Source: Nitrospirales bacterium | Lineage (GTDB): Bacteria > Nitrospirota > Nitrospiria > Nitrospirales > Nitrospiraceae | Assembly (NCBI GenBank): GCA_965223605.1 | Contig: CBDCXA010000005.1 | Coordinates: forward strand, 254,473 to 318,472 | Length of the DNA stretch: 64,000 bases | Direction of reading: 5' to 3' | Shown: positions 55,887 through 64,000 of the stretch, piece after piece | How positions within the stretch are numbered: position 1 is the first letter of the stretch | How the letters are laid out: each line of letters begins with the position of its first letter | The notes under the pieces: model-generated | Told to the model about the DNA's origin: nothing | Databases searched by the model: none | Seen by the model: the letters and a program-made list of their open reading frames with translations, nothing else | Program-made: the position numbers and the translations under genes

Positions 55887-58800
55887 TTAAACAGAGGGAC
55901 GAGGATCCATCACACGCTCTTCCTGGATTCCTTCCATATTGTCCTCCCGTCCAGGAAACGTCCGAAGACCGGCTGCCCGTTTTGAGACAAAGGTATAGAC
56001 GGTTGGAACGAGAAAGAGCGTGAGGACCGTTGAAAAAACCAAGCCACCGACAATGACAAATCCAATTTGCTGACGACTTTCAGCACCAGCTCCGGTCGCC
56101 ATCGCCAGAGGTAAGGTGCCTAGGACCATCGTTAAGGTCGTCATGAGGATGGGGCGCAAACGGAGGGTCGAGGCTTCAACTAAGGCTTCCATCATGTCAT
56201 ACCCGCGTTCCCGAAGTTGGTTGGTAAACTCAACAATGAGAATGGCATTTTTCGTGACCAACCCCACCAGCATGACCATCCCGATTTGACTATAGACATT
56301 GAGCGTGCCACCCATGAGTTTGAGTGACAGCAGCGCACCTGTCACAGCCAGGGGTACCGTTAACAGGATTGTAAACGGATGCACAAAACTTTCAAATTGA
56401 GCCGCCAAGGCCAAGTAGACAATGAGCAACGCCAAGGCAAATGTAATGTAAAGGCTCCCCGTGGAATCCTTAAATTCTTTGGATTGGCCTGCATAGGTTG
56501 TTCTGGTCCCCGTTGGTAAAACTTCTTGTGCGGTTTGCTCCAGAAACTCCAACGCATCACCAAGGGAATAGCCTGGCCCGACGTTCCCAGTGATAGTCAC
56601 GGCTCTCAGTTTGTCATAATGGTTGAGTTCCTTCGGGGCCACGGTCTCTTCCACAGAGACCAAGTTAGAGAGCTGGATCAGGGCGCCATCGCGCCCCCGC
56701 ACGTAGACCGAACTGAGATCCGAAGGTTTCACCCGATCGCGATCCCTCAGTTTCACAATCACATCGTATTCCTCACCCTCCCGTTTGAATCGAGTCACTT
56801 CCCGCCCTCCCATGAGCGTTTCAAGCGTTCGCCCAATTACAGAGACCGGTACTCCAATATCCGCCGCTTTGTCTCGGTTAATATCGACGGCAAGTTCGGG
56901 TTTGTTCAACTTAAGATCCGAGTCAATATTCGCCAATCCGGGAAAACTTCTTGCCTTCTCCATTATTTGAGTGACGGATTCTTGGAGCTGCGTATACGAC
57001 GTCCCTTGAATGACGAACTGAACGGGATCTTTAATAAAGCTTTGTCCCAGCGAAGGAGGGTTAATGGGAAAGGCCAGAATTCCGGGAATACCAAACATCT
57101 TCGGGGCAAGCTCCGCCACAATTTCCTGTTGCGAACGAGAACGATCCGACCAGTCTTTGAACATCGTAAAGGTCAGTGCCTTGGTCACCGGGTTAGGTGG
57201 TTGGAGCCCGGGAGCAATCACCATAAAGAATTTCTTGATTTCAGGAACGGTCTCGTACAAATCCTCGACCTTCTTGGCATAATGATCCATATATTCAATA
57301 GTGGACCCTTCCGGCGCAATCATAACCCCCACGAAAATGCCACGGTCTTCCACAGGAGAGAGCTCGGACTTGAGGCTCGAAAAGAGAAATACACTTGCCA
57401 AAGAAGCCACAATCCCCACTAGAATCACGATGGGGCGGATCCCTAAGGAGAAGACCAGGGCACGATGATACAGTTTGTTCATGGTCTCAAACAGGAACTC
57501 TGTCGAACGATAGAAGCGACTAGGTCGTCCCCCAGCATGTAAGACCTTCGAGCACATCATGGGGGTGAGGGTCAGCGCGATAAAACTGGAAATAACAACG
57601 GCTCCAGCTACCGCCAATCCAAACTCTGAAAATAATCGACCCGTGCGGCCCGTCATAAAGGCAATGGGCACAAAGACGGCCACCAGAGCCACCGTGGTGG
57701 CTACCACAGCAAATCCAATTTCTCGAATGCCTTCAATCGCCGCTTGCATCCGACTCTGGCCTTTCTCAATACGCCGATGAATATTTTCCAAAACCACGAT
57801 CGCATCATCCACCACCAGACCCACTGCCAAGACAAACCCCAATAGGGTCAACACATTGATGGAGAATCCAAGGGCGTAGAGAATCGTAAACGCACTGACA
57901 AGAGATGTGGGGATGGCTACCGATGGAATGAAGGTGGCTCGCACATTTCTGAGAAAAAGAAAGGTGACCGCAATGACCAACACAAGCGCGACGGTCATGG
58001 TCACATAGACTTCGTGAATTGACCGGTCGATAAAAATCGAACTATCGAAAGACACCTCTAATTTCATTCCCTCTGGCAAGGAGGCTTCAATGCTTGTGAG
58101 CTCCTGCTTAATGGCATGAGCCACCGAGAGAGTATTGGCCTTGGACTGCTTGACGACTCCTAACCCAACAGCAGGCTTTCGGTTGACCCGAACAATTTTT
58201 CGTTCGTCTTCCGCAGCTAACTCCGCTTCACCAACATCCTGAATCCGAATCGGATAGCCTTGACGCGTGGCAACGATAACTCGATTGAATTGTTCCGTCG
58301 TATTCAGGTCACCTCTGGTGCGCACGCTAAACTCGCGTCGGTCACTTTCAATGCGCCCGCTGGGAATTTCTACATTTTGCGCACGGAGTGCAGATTCAAC
58401 GTCTTGCACCGTGAGCTGTCGAGCCGCCAGTCGTTCCTTATCCAGCCAAATCCGCATGGCATAGCGACGCTCGCCACCGATCATAACGTTAGAGACCCCG
58501 GGCAAATTGGATAGCCGATCCTTGACAAAACGATCGGCAAAGTCCGTGATCTCGAGTTGAGAATGTCGGTCACTATAAAAAGCCAGCCACATGATCGCGC
58601 GCGCATCGGCTTCCACCTTCGAGATAATCGGCTCATCTATTTCATCGGGGAGACGCCCTCTGGCCCGAGACACGCGATCCCGCACATCATTGGCGGCCGC
58701 ATCGACATCACGCTCGAGTTCGAACTCCACGGTAATTTGAGAGATTTCTTCTCGACTTTCAGAACGCAGGGTTTTGATCTGTTCAATACCACTGAGTTGA

Positions 58801-59006
58801 TCCTCGAGAATCTTCGTCACGTCAGTTTCCATGATTTGAGCACTCGCTCCATCATAGACCGTTCGGACAGAAACAACGGGAGGGTCAATGTCTGGATATT
58901 CACGAACCGTAAGGCGGGTAAAGGAAATAAGGCCAAGCAACACCAGGACGAGAGTCATGACGATCGCCAGGACCGGACGCCGAATCGATGTTTCGGAGAG
59001 TTTCAT
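55887..59006 (-). CDS. RND efflux transporter permease (AcrB/HAE1-like)
   Basis: 1039 aa. SIRRPVLAIVMTL N-terminus, VVDDAIVVLENI, 12-TM topology. Confidence 0.95.
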   Translation of the reverse strand: MKLSETSIRRPVLAIVMTLVLVLLGLISFTRLTVREYPDIDPPVVSVRTVYDGASAQIMETDVTKILEDQLSGIEQIKTLRSESREEISQITVEFELERDVDAAANDVRDRVSRARGRLPDEIDEPIISKVEADARAIMWLAFYSDRHSQLEITDFADRFVKDRLSNLPGVSNVMIGGERRYAMRIWLDKERLAARQLTVQDVESALRAQNVEIPSGRIESDRREFSVRTRGDLNTTEQFNRVIVATRQGYPIRIQDVGEAELAAEDERKIVRVNRKPAVGLGVVKQSKANTLSVAHAIKQELTSIEASLPEGMKLEVSFDSSIFIDRSIHEVYVTMTVALVLVIAVTFLFLRNVRATFIPSVAIPTSLVSAFTILYALGFSINVLTLLGFVLAVGLVVDDAIVVLENIHRRIEKGQSRMQAAIEGIREIGFAVVATTVALVAVFVPIAFMTGRTGRLFSEFGLAVAGAVVISSFIALTLTPMMCSKVLHAGGRPSRFYRSTEFLFETMNKLYHRALVFSLGIRPIVILVGIVASLASVFLFSSLKSELSPVEDRGIFVGVMIAPEGSTIEYMDHYAKKVEDLYETVPEIKKFFMVIAPGLQPPNPVTKALTFTMFKDWSDRSRSQQEIVAELAPKMFGIPGILAFPINPPSLGQSFIKDPVQFVIQGTSYTQLQESVTQIMEKARSFPGLANIDSDLKLNKPELAVDINRDKAADIGVPVSVIGRTLETLMGGREVTRFKREGEEYDVIVKLRDRDRVKPSDLSSVYVRGRDGALIQLSNLVSVEETVAPKELNHYDKLRAVTITGNVGPGYSLGDALEFLEQTAQEVLPTGTRTTYAGQSKEFKDSTGSLYITFALALLIVYLALAAQFESFVHPFTILLTVPLAVTGALLSLKLMGGTLNVYSQIGMVMLVGLVTKNAILIVEFTNQLRERGYDMMEALVEASTLRLRPILMTTLTMVLGTLPLAMATGAGAESRQQIGFVIVGGLVFSTVLTLFLVPTVYTFVSKRAAGLRTFPGREDNMEGIQEERVMDPRPSV

Positions 59007-59018
59007 AGGAAGGTGTGA

Positions 59019-60134
59019 CTACCCTTCAACGATCATGACGGGCATCCCATCACGAATTTTCTGCAGACCACCGCGCACGACGAGATCACCAGGTGCGAGT
59101 CCTTCAAGCACTTGAACCACTGATCGTTTTCTCAATCCTAATCGTATTTCGGTCATGTGAACGATGTTCTCTCTCACCAGATAGACAAAGGCCTTGCCCT
59201 GCTTTGGGACAATAGCTTCTTCTGGAATGAGAATGGCTTCTTCCGTATGGCCCGTCACCAGGGTGACATTCGCAAACATGCCTGGGCGGAGCGTACCATG
59301 GGAATTGGGAATCTTCGCCCGAACACGAATGGTTCGGCTCGCTTCATCAACACGAGGATCCAACGCATACACATGCCCTTGAAAAGATTTCCCTTCGATG
59401 GCATCAACCCTCACTTCCACCTCTTGCTTGAGGGCAAGACGCGTCAATAATTTCTCAGGAACCCTGAAATCAATTTTTAAGGTGGTGAGATCCTCAAGAT
59501 TCACAATATCCCGTCCAGCTTGAAGGTAGGCCCCCGGGGAAACCAATCGGGTGCCCAGGACACCCGAAAAGGGGGCACGGATGATCGTCTTGCTCACTCG
59601 CTCGGAGAAGAGCGCATAGGTGGCTTGCGCAGACTTTAAGGTAGTAGAAGCTTGATCCAACTCCTGTCGCGAGACGTTGTCATTCGCAATGAGGCGGCGC
59701 ATTCGATCATAATTCAATCTCGCGATTTCTAACTCGGCACGTGCTTGGGCAAGTTGTGCACGAAGCTCTGCAGATTCAAGCTGAATTAATATCGTACCTT
59801 TACGAACCTGCTGCCCTTCCTCAAAATTGATCTTCGTCACGCGACCTTGAATTTCCGGTCGAATGATCACCGACTCCTTGGCTTGTAAAGTGCCGACCGC
59901 TCGGACCTCCTCGGTTATCTCTCCAAAGGAGGCTGACGCCACCTCGACGGGCATGGCAAACCCGCCTCTCTTTTTGGCCTGTTTTGAAGATCCGGCAGGA
60001 GGATTGGAGGCTTGAGCATCAGGATTGGGATCTTTTCCCTCACGTACACCACTCCAAAAGAAAATGATTCCAATGGCCGCGGCCACAAGTATGAGGACGA
60101 CTCCGATCTTATTATTCTTGAGAAAGGCCATCAT
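59019..60134 (-). CDS. RND efflux periplasmic adaptor subunit
   Basis: 371 aa. Lipoyl/hairpin/beta-barrel pattern (PEIQGRVTKINFEEGQQVRKGTILIQLE). Confidence 0.9.
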   Translation of the reverse strand: MMAFLKNNKIGVVLILVAAAIGIIFFWSGVREGKDPNPDAQASNPPAGSSKQAKKRGGFAMPVEVASASFGEITEEVRAVGTLQAKESVIIRPEIQGRVTKINFEEGQQVRKGTILIQLESAELRAQLAQARAELEIARLNYDRMRRLIANDNVSRQELDQASTTLKSAQATYALFSERVSKTIIRAPFSGVLGTRLVSPGAYLQAGRDIVNLEDLTTLKIDFRVPEKLLTRLALKQEVEVRVDAIEGKSFQGHVYALDPRVDEASRTIRVRAKIPNSHGTLRPGMFANVTLVTGHTEEAILIPEEAIVPKQGKAFVYLVRENIVHMTEIRLGLRKRSVVQVLEGLAPGDLVVRGGLQKIRDGMPVMIVEG

Positions 60135-60781
60135 GCACCAGTATGGGACTCGTTCGACTCACCTACGCCATGGAGATAGAGCGCCAGAAGAGAGGAACTT
60201 TTCGACCGCAATGATTCCGACGGAGTTGGTTGGAGAATCCAAAGGTAAATGGTGGAGTTGAGCATCCCATGAAGGGCAAAGGCGGCTTCTTTTGGATTAA
60301 CTTGTCGGAACTCTCCCGTTTGGATTCCGCGGTGTAAAATGTCTTCCACGAGATCCAACTGCTCCTGATATCGTTTCCAACAGCCTTCCCCCAAGGCGCT
60401 CTTCACGGTCCACTCAAACCCGGCCCACTCGGAAACATAGATCCTAAAAAAGTTCCGATTTTGTTCAAAATATTCTAGTTTCGTTCGAATCACGGCCTGA
60501 AGCTTTTCAGATGACGATGTAACCTCCGCAAGCCGAGTTTGCATGAGCTCGGCATAATCTTCCATTTTGTTTTCGATCAATGAAATGTAGATTTCGTCTT
60601 TGCTTTTAAAAAATTGATAGACCGTTCCGATGGCAAATTCCGAAGATTCCGCAATCTCTGCCATGCTGGTTTTAAAAAATCCATTCTCTGAAAAAAGACG
60701 CTCAGCGGCATTCAGAATGTCGAGACGCCGCCACTCCTGCTCACGTGATTTACGCAACGTCCGTTGGCTTGTAGGGCTCAT
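60131..60781 (-). CDS. TetR/AcrR-family transcriptional regulator
   Basis: N-terminal HTH ILNAAERLFSENGFFKTSMAEIAESSEFAIGTVYQFFKSKDE. It overlaps the adaptor gene start. Confidence 0.9.
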   Translation of the reverse strand: MSPTSQRTLRKSREQEWRRLDILNAAERLFSENGFFKTSMAEIAESSEFAIGTVYQFFKSKDEIYISLIENKMEDYAELMQTRLAEVTSSSEKLQAVIRTKLEYFEQNRNFFRIYVSEWAGFEWTVKSALGEGCWKRYQEQLDLVEDILHRGIQTGEFRQVNPKEAAFALHGMLNSTIYLWILQPTPSESLRSKSSSLLALYLHGVGESNESHTGA

Positions 60782-61093
60782 GTATCCATCTCTATATCGA
60801 GAAATATTTAGAAAAATGAATAAATATTCTATTAATTGATATTAATGTTCTTTTCGATAAAAAGTCAATTCAATCAAGGTTTTGCGCAGGCTACCAGGTG
60901 ACAGGACCTATGGATGTAACCTCTTGTTTATATGGAATTTATCTAAATTTTCCTACCTAGGGTCTTCCCATTTTGATAAGAGGCATTCCTCCTAGGGAAA
61001 CGTGGAAGGTTTTTCCTATCCCTCCGGTATACAGCCCAGAGAAACTTGGGGTATGATGCCCCTTCGTATTAACGACCGGAAGGACCAAAGACC

Positions 61094-61369
61094 ATGGGAA
61101 GTCACATTCCACCCGAAGAACAGACCGGCAGCGCAAAAACGACGCAACAAGAAGCGGTGAAGGATGTTGAGCTTTTGCGAGTCATGGTGACGCGAGAAGG
61201 GCAACAGGTCCAAGCGCAATGGGCGATTCACCCTCAATTGAAACATGACTTACCTGAAAATGAATGGAAAGAAGTTAATGATCTAATGGGACAAGTTACT
61301 GGAATTGTCGGAACCTGTTTTTCCAAAATTTTATCAGAGGTCGAACCTGATCCCCCGGGAAATGTCTAA
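61094..61369 (+). CDS. hypothetical protein
   Basis: 91-aa ORF with GGAAGGA upstream of the ATG. No family recognised. Confidence 0.4.
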   Translation: MGSHIPPEEQTGSAKTTQQEAVKDVELLRVMVTREGQQVQAQWAIHPQLKHDLPENEWKEVNDLMGQVTGIVGTCFSKILSEVEPDPPGNV

Positions 61370-61559
61370 CGCCTCTCCTTCCTCCGTCCACTGTCTGAAC
61401 AGATCCTTTCTACGTGGTAGAAAAGCGAACAGCGCCATATAATGATTTGAAGATCTGGCGCATCCTTTCTTGCTTCCATTCACGCATGTCCCTATAACTA
61501 CACGAGCCATATTTTTGTGAAAGGTTATTTCCGTTCTTGAGATTCCAAGGAGGTGCATC

Positions 61560-61892
61560 ATGGACAACTACTACCATCGACATGATCTGGGAAAGTTCGC
61601 TGAGATGGGCAAGGGAAATAAAGAACTCTGGGAAAAATTTAATGGATATTATCAGGCTGTCTTTGCGGAAGGAGCCTTAACCGAACGAGAAAAGGCGTTG
61701 ATTGCCCTCGGGGTCGCCCATGCCGTGCAATGTCCTTACTGCATTGATTCTTATACCCAAGACTGTCTCGAAAAGGGATCGAACGTGGAAGAAATGACCG
61801 AAGCCGTTCATGTATCCTGCGCCATCAGGGGAGGTGCCTCGCTAATCCATGGCATTCAAATGCGAAACGTCGCAGAAAAACTTTCAATGTAA
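61560..61892 (+). CDS. carboxymuconolactone decarboxylase (AhpD-like) family protein with CxxC
   Basis: 110 aa. ALTEREKALIALGVAHAVQCPYCIDSYT. Strong SD (AAGGAGG). Confidence 0.8.
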   Translation: MDNYYHRHDLGKFAEMGKGNKELWEKFNGYYQAVFAEGALTEREKALIALGVAHAVQCPYCIDSYTQDCLEKGSNVEEMTEAVHVSCAIRGGASLIHGIQMRNVAEKLSM

Positions 61893-62122
61893 CACGGATC
61901 ACTGCGAATGCCTCGACCCCAAGCCCACCAGGAAGTATTGAAGAATAATATTTGCCAAAAGCCAAAGGGCTGACAGACACGTCATATGCTAGAAGCTTTG
62001 GGTCAGTTCAACCAAGTTGTCCAGCAAGGCCGCTGCCATGTTTGCGCGCAGAGCGTACCGCTAGTACGTGAGCACGGAAACATGGGAAGAACGCCGCTGG
62101 CAGCTTGTTTCAACAGACCCCT

Positions 62123-63115
62123 TCAGGAGGCCAGATATCCATGCTGTCGAAACCACGTTAGGGCGTCCGTGATAGCAGGCTCGATCGGACTTTGAGGCAA
62201 ATCAAGCTCCCGAATAGCCTTAGAACAGTCATATTGTTGTAAATGCGGTAGCATTTCTATGAAAAAACTTGGAACAGGAGACGGTTTGTTCAACATTCGA
62301 AATGTCCAGTCACCAAATTTGGTCCCCCAGCGGGCAAGGAAAAAAGGTAGCCGCATCCATGGAGCTGAAACTCCCGCCAGCCGTGCAATGAGCTGATTGA
62401 GTTCTTGTTGCGTCGTATTCCAATGACCTAAGATGTACCGCTCACCAACACGACCACGTTCCGCGGCGCGAATCATGCCGACAGCCACGTCCCGAACATC
62501 GATTACATTCACGTCACCTTGAACATAGCCTGACATCAATCCTTTGGCCACCATGAGAATTTGTGTGCCGCTCGTCGGTTGACTATCAAAGGGGCCAAAA
62601 AAGACGGTTGGATTGACGACCACGGCTGGGACTCCTGAACGTGCCGCATCAAGAATCCGTTCTTCCATCACTGTTTTCGCCATGAGATAGGAGTTCCGAG
62701 GATACAACGAAGAGAAGGAACAGGTTTCATCAGCTAACTGCCCAGGCTGCTGAGGAAATCCAATCGTCGTCAAGCTACTGGCAAAAACCAACCGCTCAAC
62801 CGAAGTGCGCTGCACTGCATCCAAAACATAGTTAGTTTCGAGAAGGGCCTGTTGAACAGCATCCTGAACTAACGTCAATGAAGTGGGGTAAAAACCTGCG
62901 GCATGATACACGGTCGAGCAGCCACGACATGCATTAAGCAGAGAGGTTGAATCTTGAAGATTTCCCTGAACGATTTCTACAGGAAGATCTGTTAAGGTGC
63001 GAAGATGGCTGGAGGAACGAACGAGCACTCGAACCTGATGACCCTCGTTTAGCAAGGCTCGGACGAGATTGGACCCAAGCTGTCCGGTACCACCTAAAAC
63101 TAATACAGATAACAT
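62123..63115 (-). CDS. NAD-dependent epimerase/dehydratase (extended SDR, dihydroflavonol-reductase/HpnA-like)
   Basis: VLVLGGTGQLGSNLV Rossmann motif. 330 aa. Confidence 0.85.
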   Translation of the reverse strand: MLSVLVLGGTGQLGSNLVRALLNEGHQVRVLVRSSSHLRTLTDLPVEIVQGNLQDSTSLLNACRGCSTVYHAAGFYPTSLTLVQDAVQQALLETNYVLDAVQRTSVERLVFASSLTTIGFPQQPGQLADETCSFSSLYPRNSYLMAKTVMEERILDAARSGVPAVVVNPTVFFGPFDSQPTSGTQILMVAKGLMSGYVQGDVNVIDVRDVAVGMIRAAERGRVGERYILGHWNTTQQELNQLIARLAGVSAPWMRLPFFLARWGTKFGDWTFRMLNKPSPVPSFFIEMLPHLQQYDCSKAIRELDLPQSPIEPAITDALTWFRQHGYLAS

Positions 63116-63187
63116 ATGTTGCCAGAAAGAGCTTTCCCAATGCCTTCGACTATTTGGTGAGTTCTGTTGAGTCGTAGGTTTCTAGAG

Positions 63188-63535
63188 TTAGGAGGCTCCT
63201 CGAAACGATTCAAACTCTCGGTCTGATTTGGCGGCCATATAAAAATCACTGTCGGTGAGGCCGTTGATCTTGTGCGTCCATAACTCGACCTTGCATTTTC
63301 CCCAAGCCAGATAGAGATCCGGATGGTGCCCTTCTGCTTCCGCCACCTGACCGACTTTGTTGACGAAATCCAGGGCCTGTGCAAAGTCCTTGAAGGTATA
63401 CAATCGTTCGATATGACCTGCTGGATTGAGTTGCCATCCGGCACCTAATTCCTTCAGTAATTCTTGTATACGAGCAGACTCCAGAGGGGGAACTCCGCCG
63501 CGACAGGGGACACATTTATTATCCGCTAATCCCAT
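63188..63535 (-). CDS. 4a-hydroxytetrahydrobiopterin (pterin-4a-carbinolamine) dehydratase
   Basis: EAEGHHPDL and ...LWTHK...GLT motifs. The start at 63535 has GGGAGG 5 nt upstream; the ORF track begins at 63553. Confidence 0.85.
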   Translation of the reverse strand: MGLADNKCVPCRGGVPPLESARIQELLKELGAGWQLNPAGHIERLYTFKDFAQALDFVNKVGQVAEAEGHHPDLYLAWGKCKVELWTHKINGLTDSDFYMAAKSDREFESFRGAS

Positions 63536-63738
63536 AACAACCTCCCTAAGCAAAGAGACGAAAAGCTAAGAACCTGCAAATTTGGTACGTGGAGAAGAAG
63601 GAATTATAAAGCGAAGCTAGAGAAAGGAGCAATCACGGAAGGCATCCTCATGAGGAAAAATTGACAGGTGTAAACTTCAGGGTGGTGTGACGCCGAACTA
63701 GGCCAAAATATTGGTGTGATAGTCAGGCGATGGTCCCA

Positions 63739-64000
63739 TTAGGACGCCTTGAATCGCTCTGGAACATGACAGACCATGCCGGTTTTTTGAAGCACTTCAA
63801 AGGAATACAACAAAAATGCGAGTGGAATAAAAAACTCTTTGTAGTTGGACACCACACCTACATGAGTCAGGTTTTCTCCATTCATAAGCAATATCGATTG
63901 CGTGGTAATAAGAAATCCCAAAAGAACGAGCGGTAGGGACAGACGTTCAGGTGAGGAGGAATAGGACCAGGCAAAGAATAAGAGGATAAACAGCGTCGCA
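63739..64000 (-). CDS. membrane protein, C-terminal part only (gene continues beyond the window)
   Basis: The minus-strand frame is open from the window edge (ATLFILLFFAWSY...LVLLGFLITTQSILL...) to the stop at 63739. No family recognised. Confidence 0.4.
   Translation of the reverse strand, partial: ATLFILLFFAWSYSSSPERLSLPLVLLGFLITTQSILLMNGENLTHVGVVSNYKEFFIPLAFLLYSFEVLQKTGMVCHVPERFKAS

Noticed and set aside
56526-57422. 298-aa plus-strand ORF
   Set aside because: It is antisense to the RND pump gene, and its Arg/His-rich composition is typical of a shadow frame.
61560-61892. Possible link of the AhpD-like CxxC protein to arsenosugar biosynthesis
   Set aside because: The sequence resembles the small peroxidase-like protein I associate with arsenosugar (radical-SAM ArsS) loci. 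No radical-SAM or ars genes are adjacent, so only the generic family call is made.
1-64000. Scan for CRISPR arrays, rRNA genes, additional tRNAs, toxin-antitoxin pairs and restriction-modification or known defence systems
   Set aside because: I noticed no regularly spaced direct repeats, no rRNA-like segments, no second tRNA T-arm signature and no recognisable defence or TA gene families. An eye scan cannot exclude small or diverged elements.

Overview
Chromosomal window from a diderm bacterium with moderate GC (judged by eye, not computed). Gene density is high and most ORFs match well-known families. The centrepiece is a 13.7-kb complex I operon (12077-25741, + strand) ordered nuoA-B-C-D-G-I-J-K-L-M-M'-N. 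It has two adjacent NuoM-type antiporter-like subunits and a long NuoL, which is the '2M' architecture reported for Nitrospirota, Nitrospinota and NC10-type lineages. It has no nuoE, nuoF or nuoH, although a full-length nuoG is present. The lineage hint is weak and I cannot confirm it without a search. Other content: many two-component genes (2 LuxR-type and 3 CheY-like regulators, a CHASE3 kinase, and a cytoplasmic kinase with a Rossmann-like N-terminus); two tandem CPA1 Na+/H+ antiporters; an IS200-like RAYT flanked by inverted copies of a short GGGGTCGGGA motif; a PriA whose helicase motifs I, II and VI are all degenerate; an OmpA-family protein; a multicopper oxidase paired with a TolC-like gene; a tRNA-Leu(CAG) abutting a truncated DUF4143 ATPase gene, with a P-loop-less SF1-helicase-like gene on its other side; housekeeping genes (rplI, glyA, nrdR, lpxC, pyrE, trmL, suhB-like, pterin dehydratase); a sigma-54 activator next to a four-gene ABC-type tripartite exporter; and a TetR-controlled RND efflux operon. 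Two tandem Lys/Ala-rich micro-ORFs below the ORF-track cutoff lie downstream of a HARE-HTH protein. No CRISPR array, rRNA, integrase or phage module was seen. The strongest leads are the unusual complex I operon, the motif-dead PriA, the Lys-rich micro-ORF pair and the decayed genes around the tRNA. All family assignments come from motif recognition by eye, with no database search.
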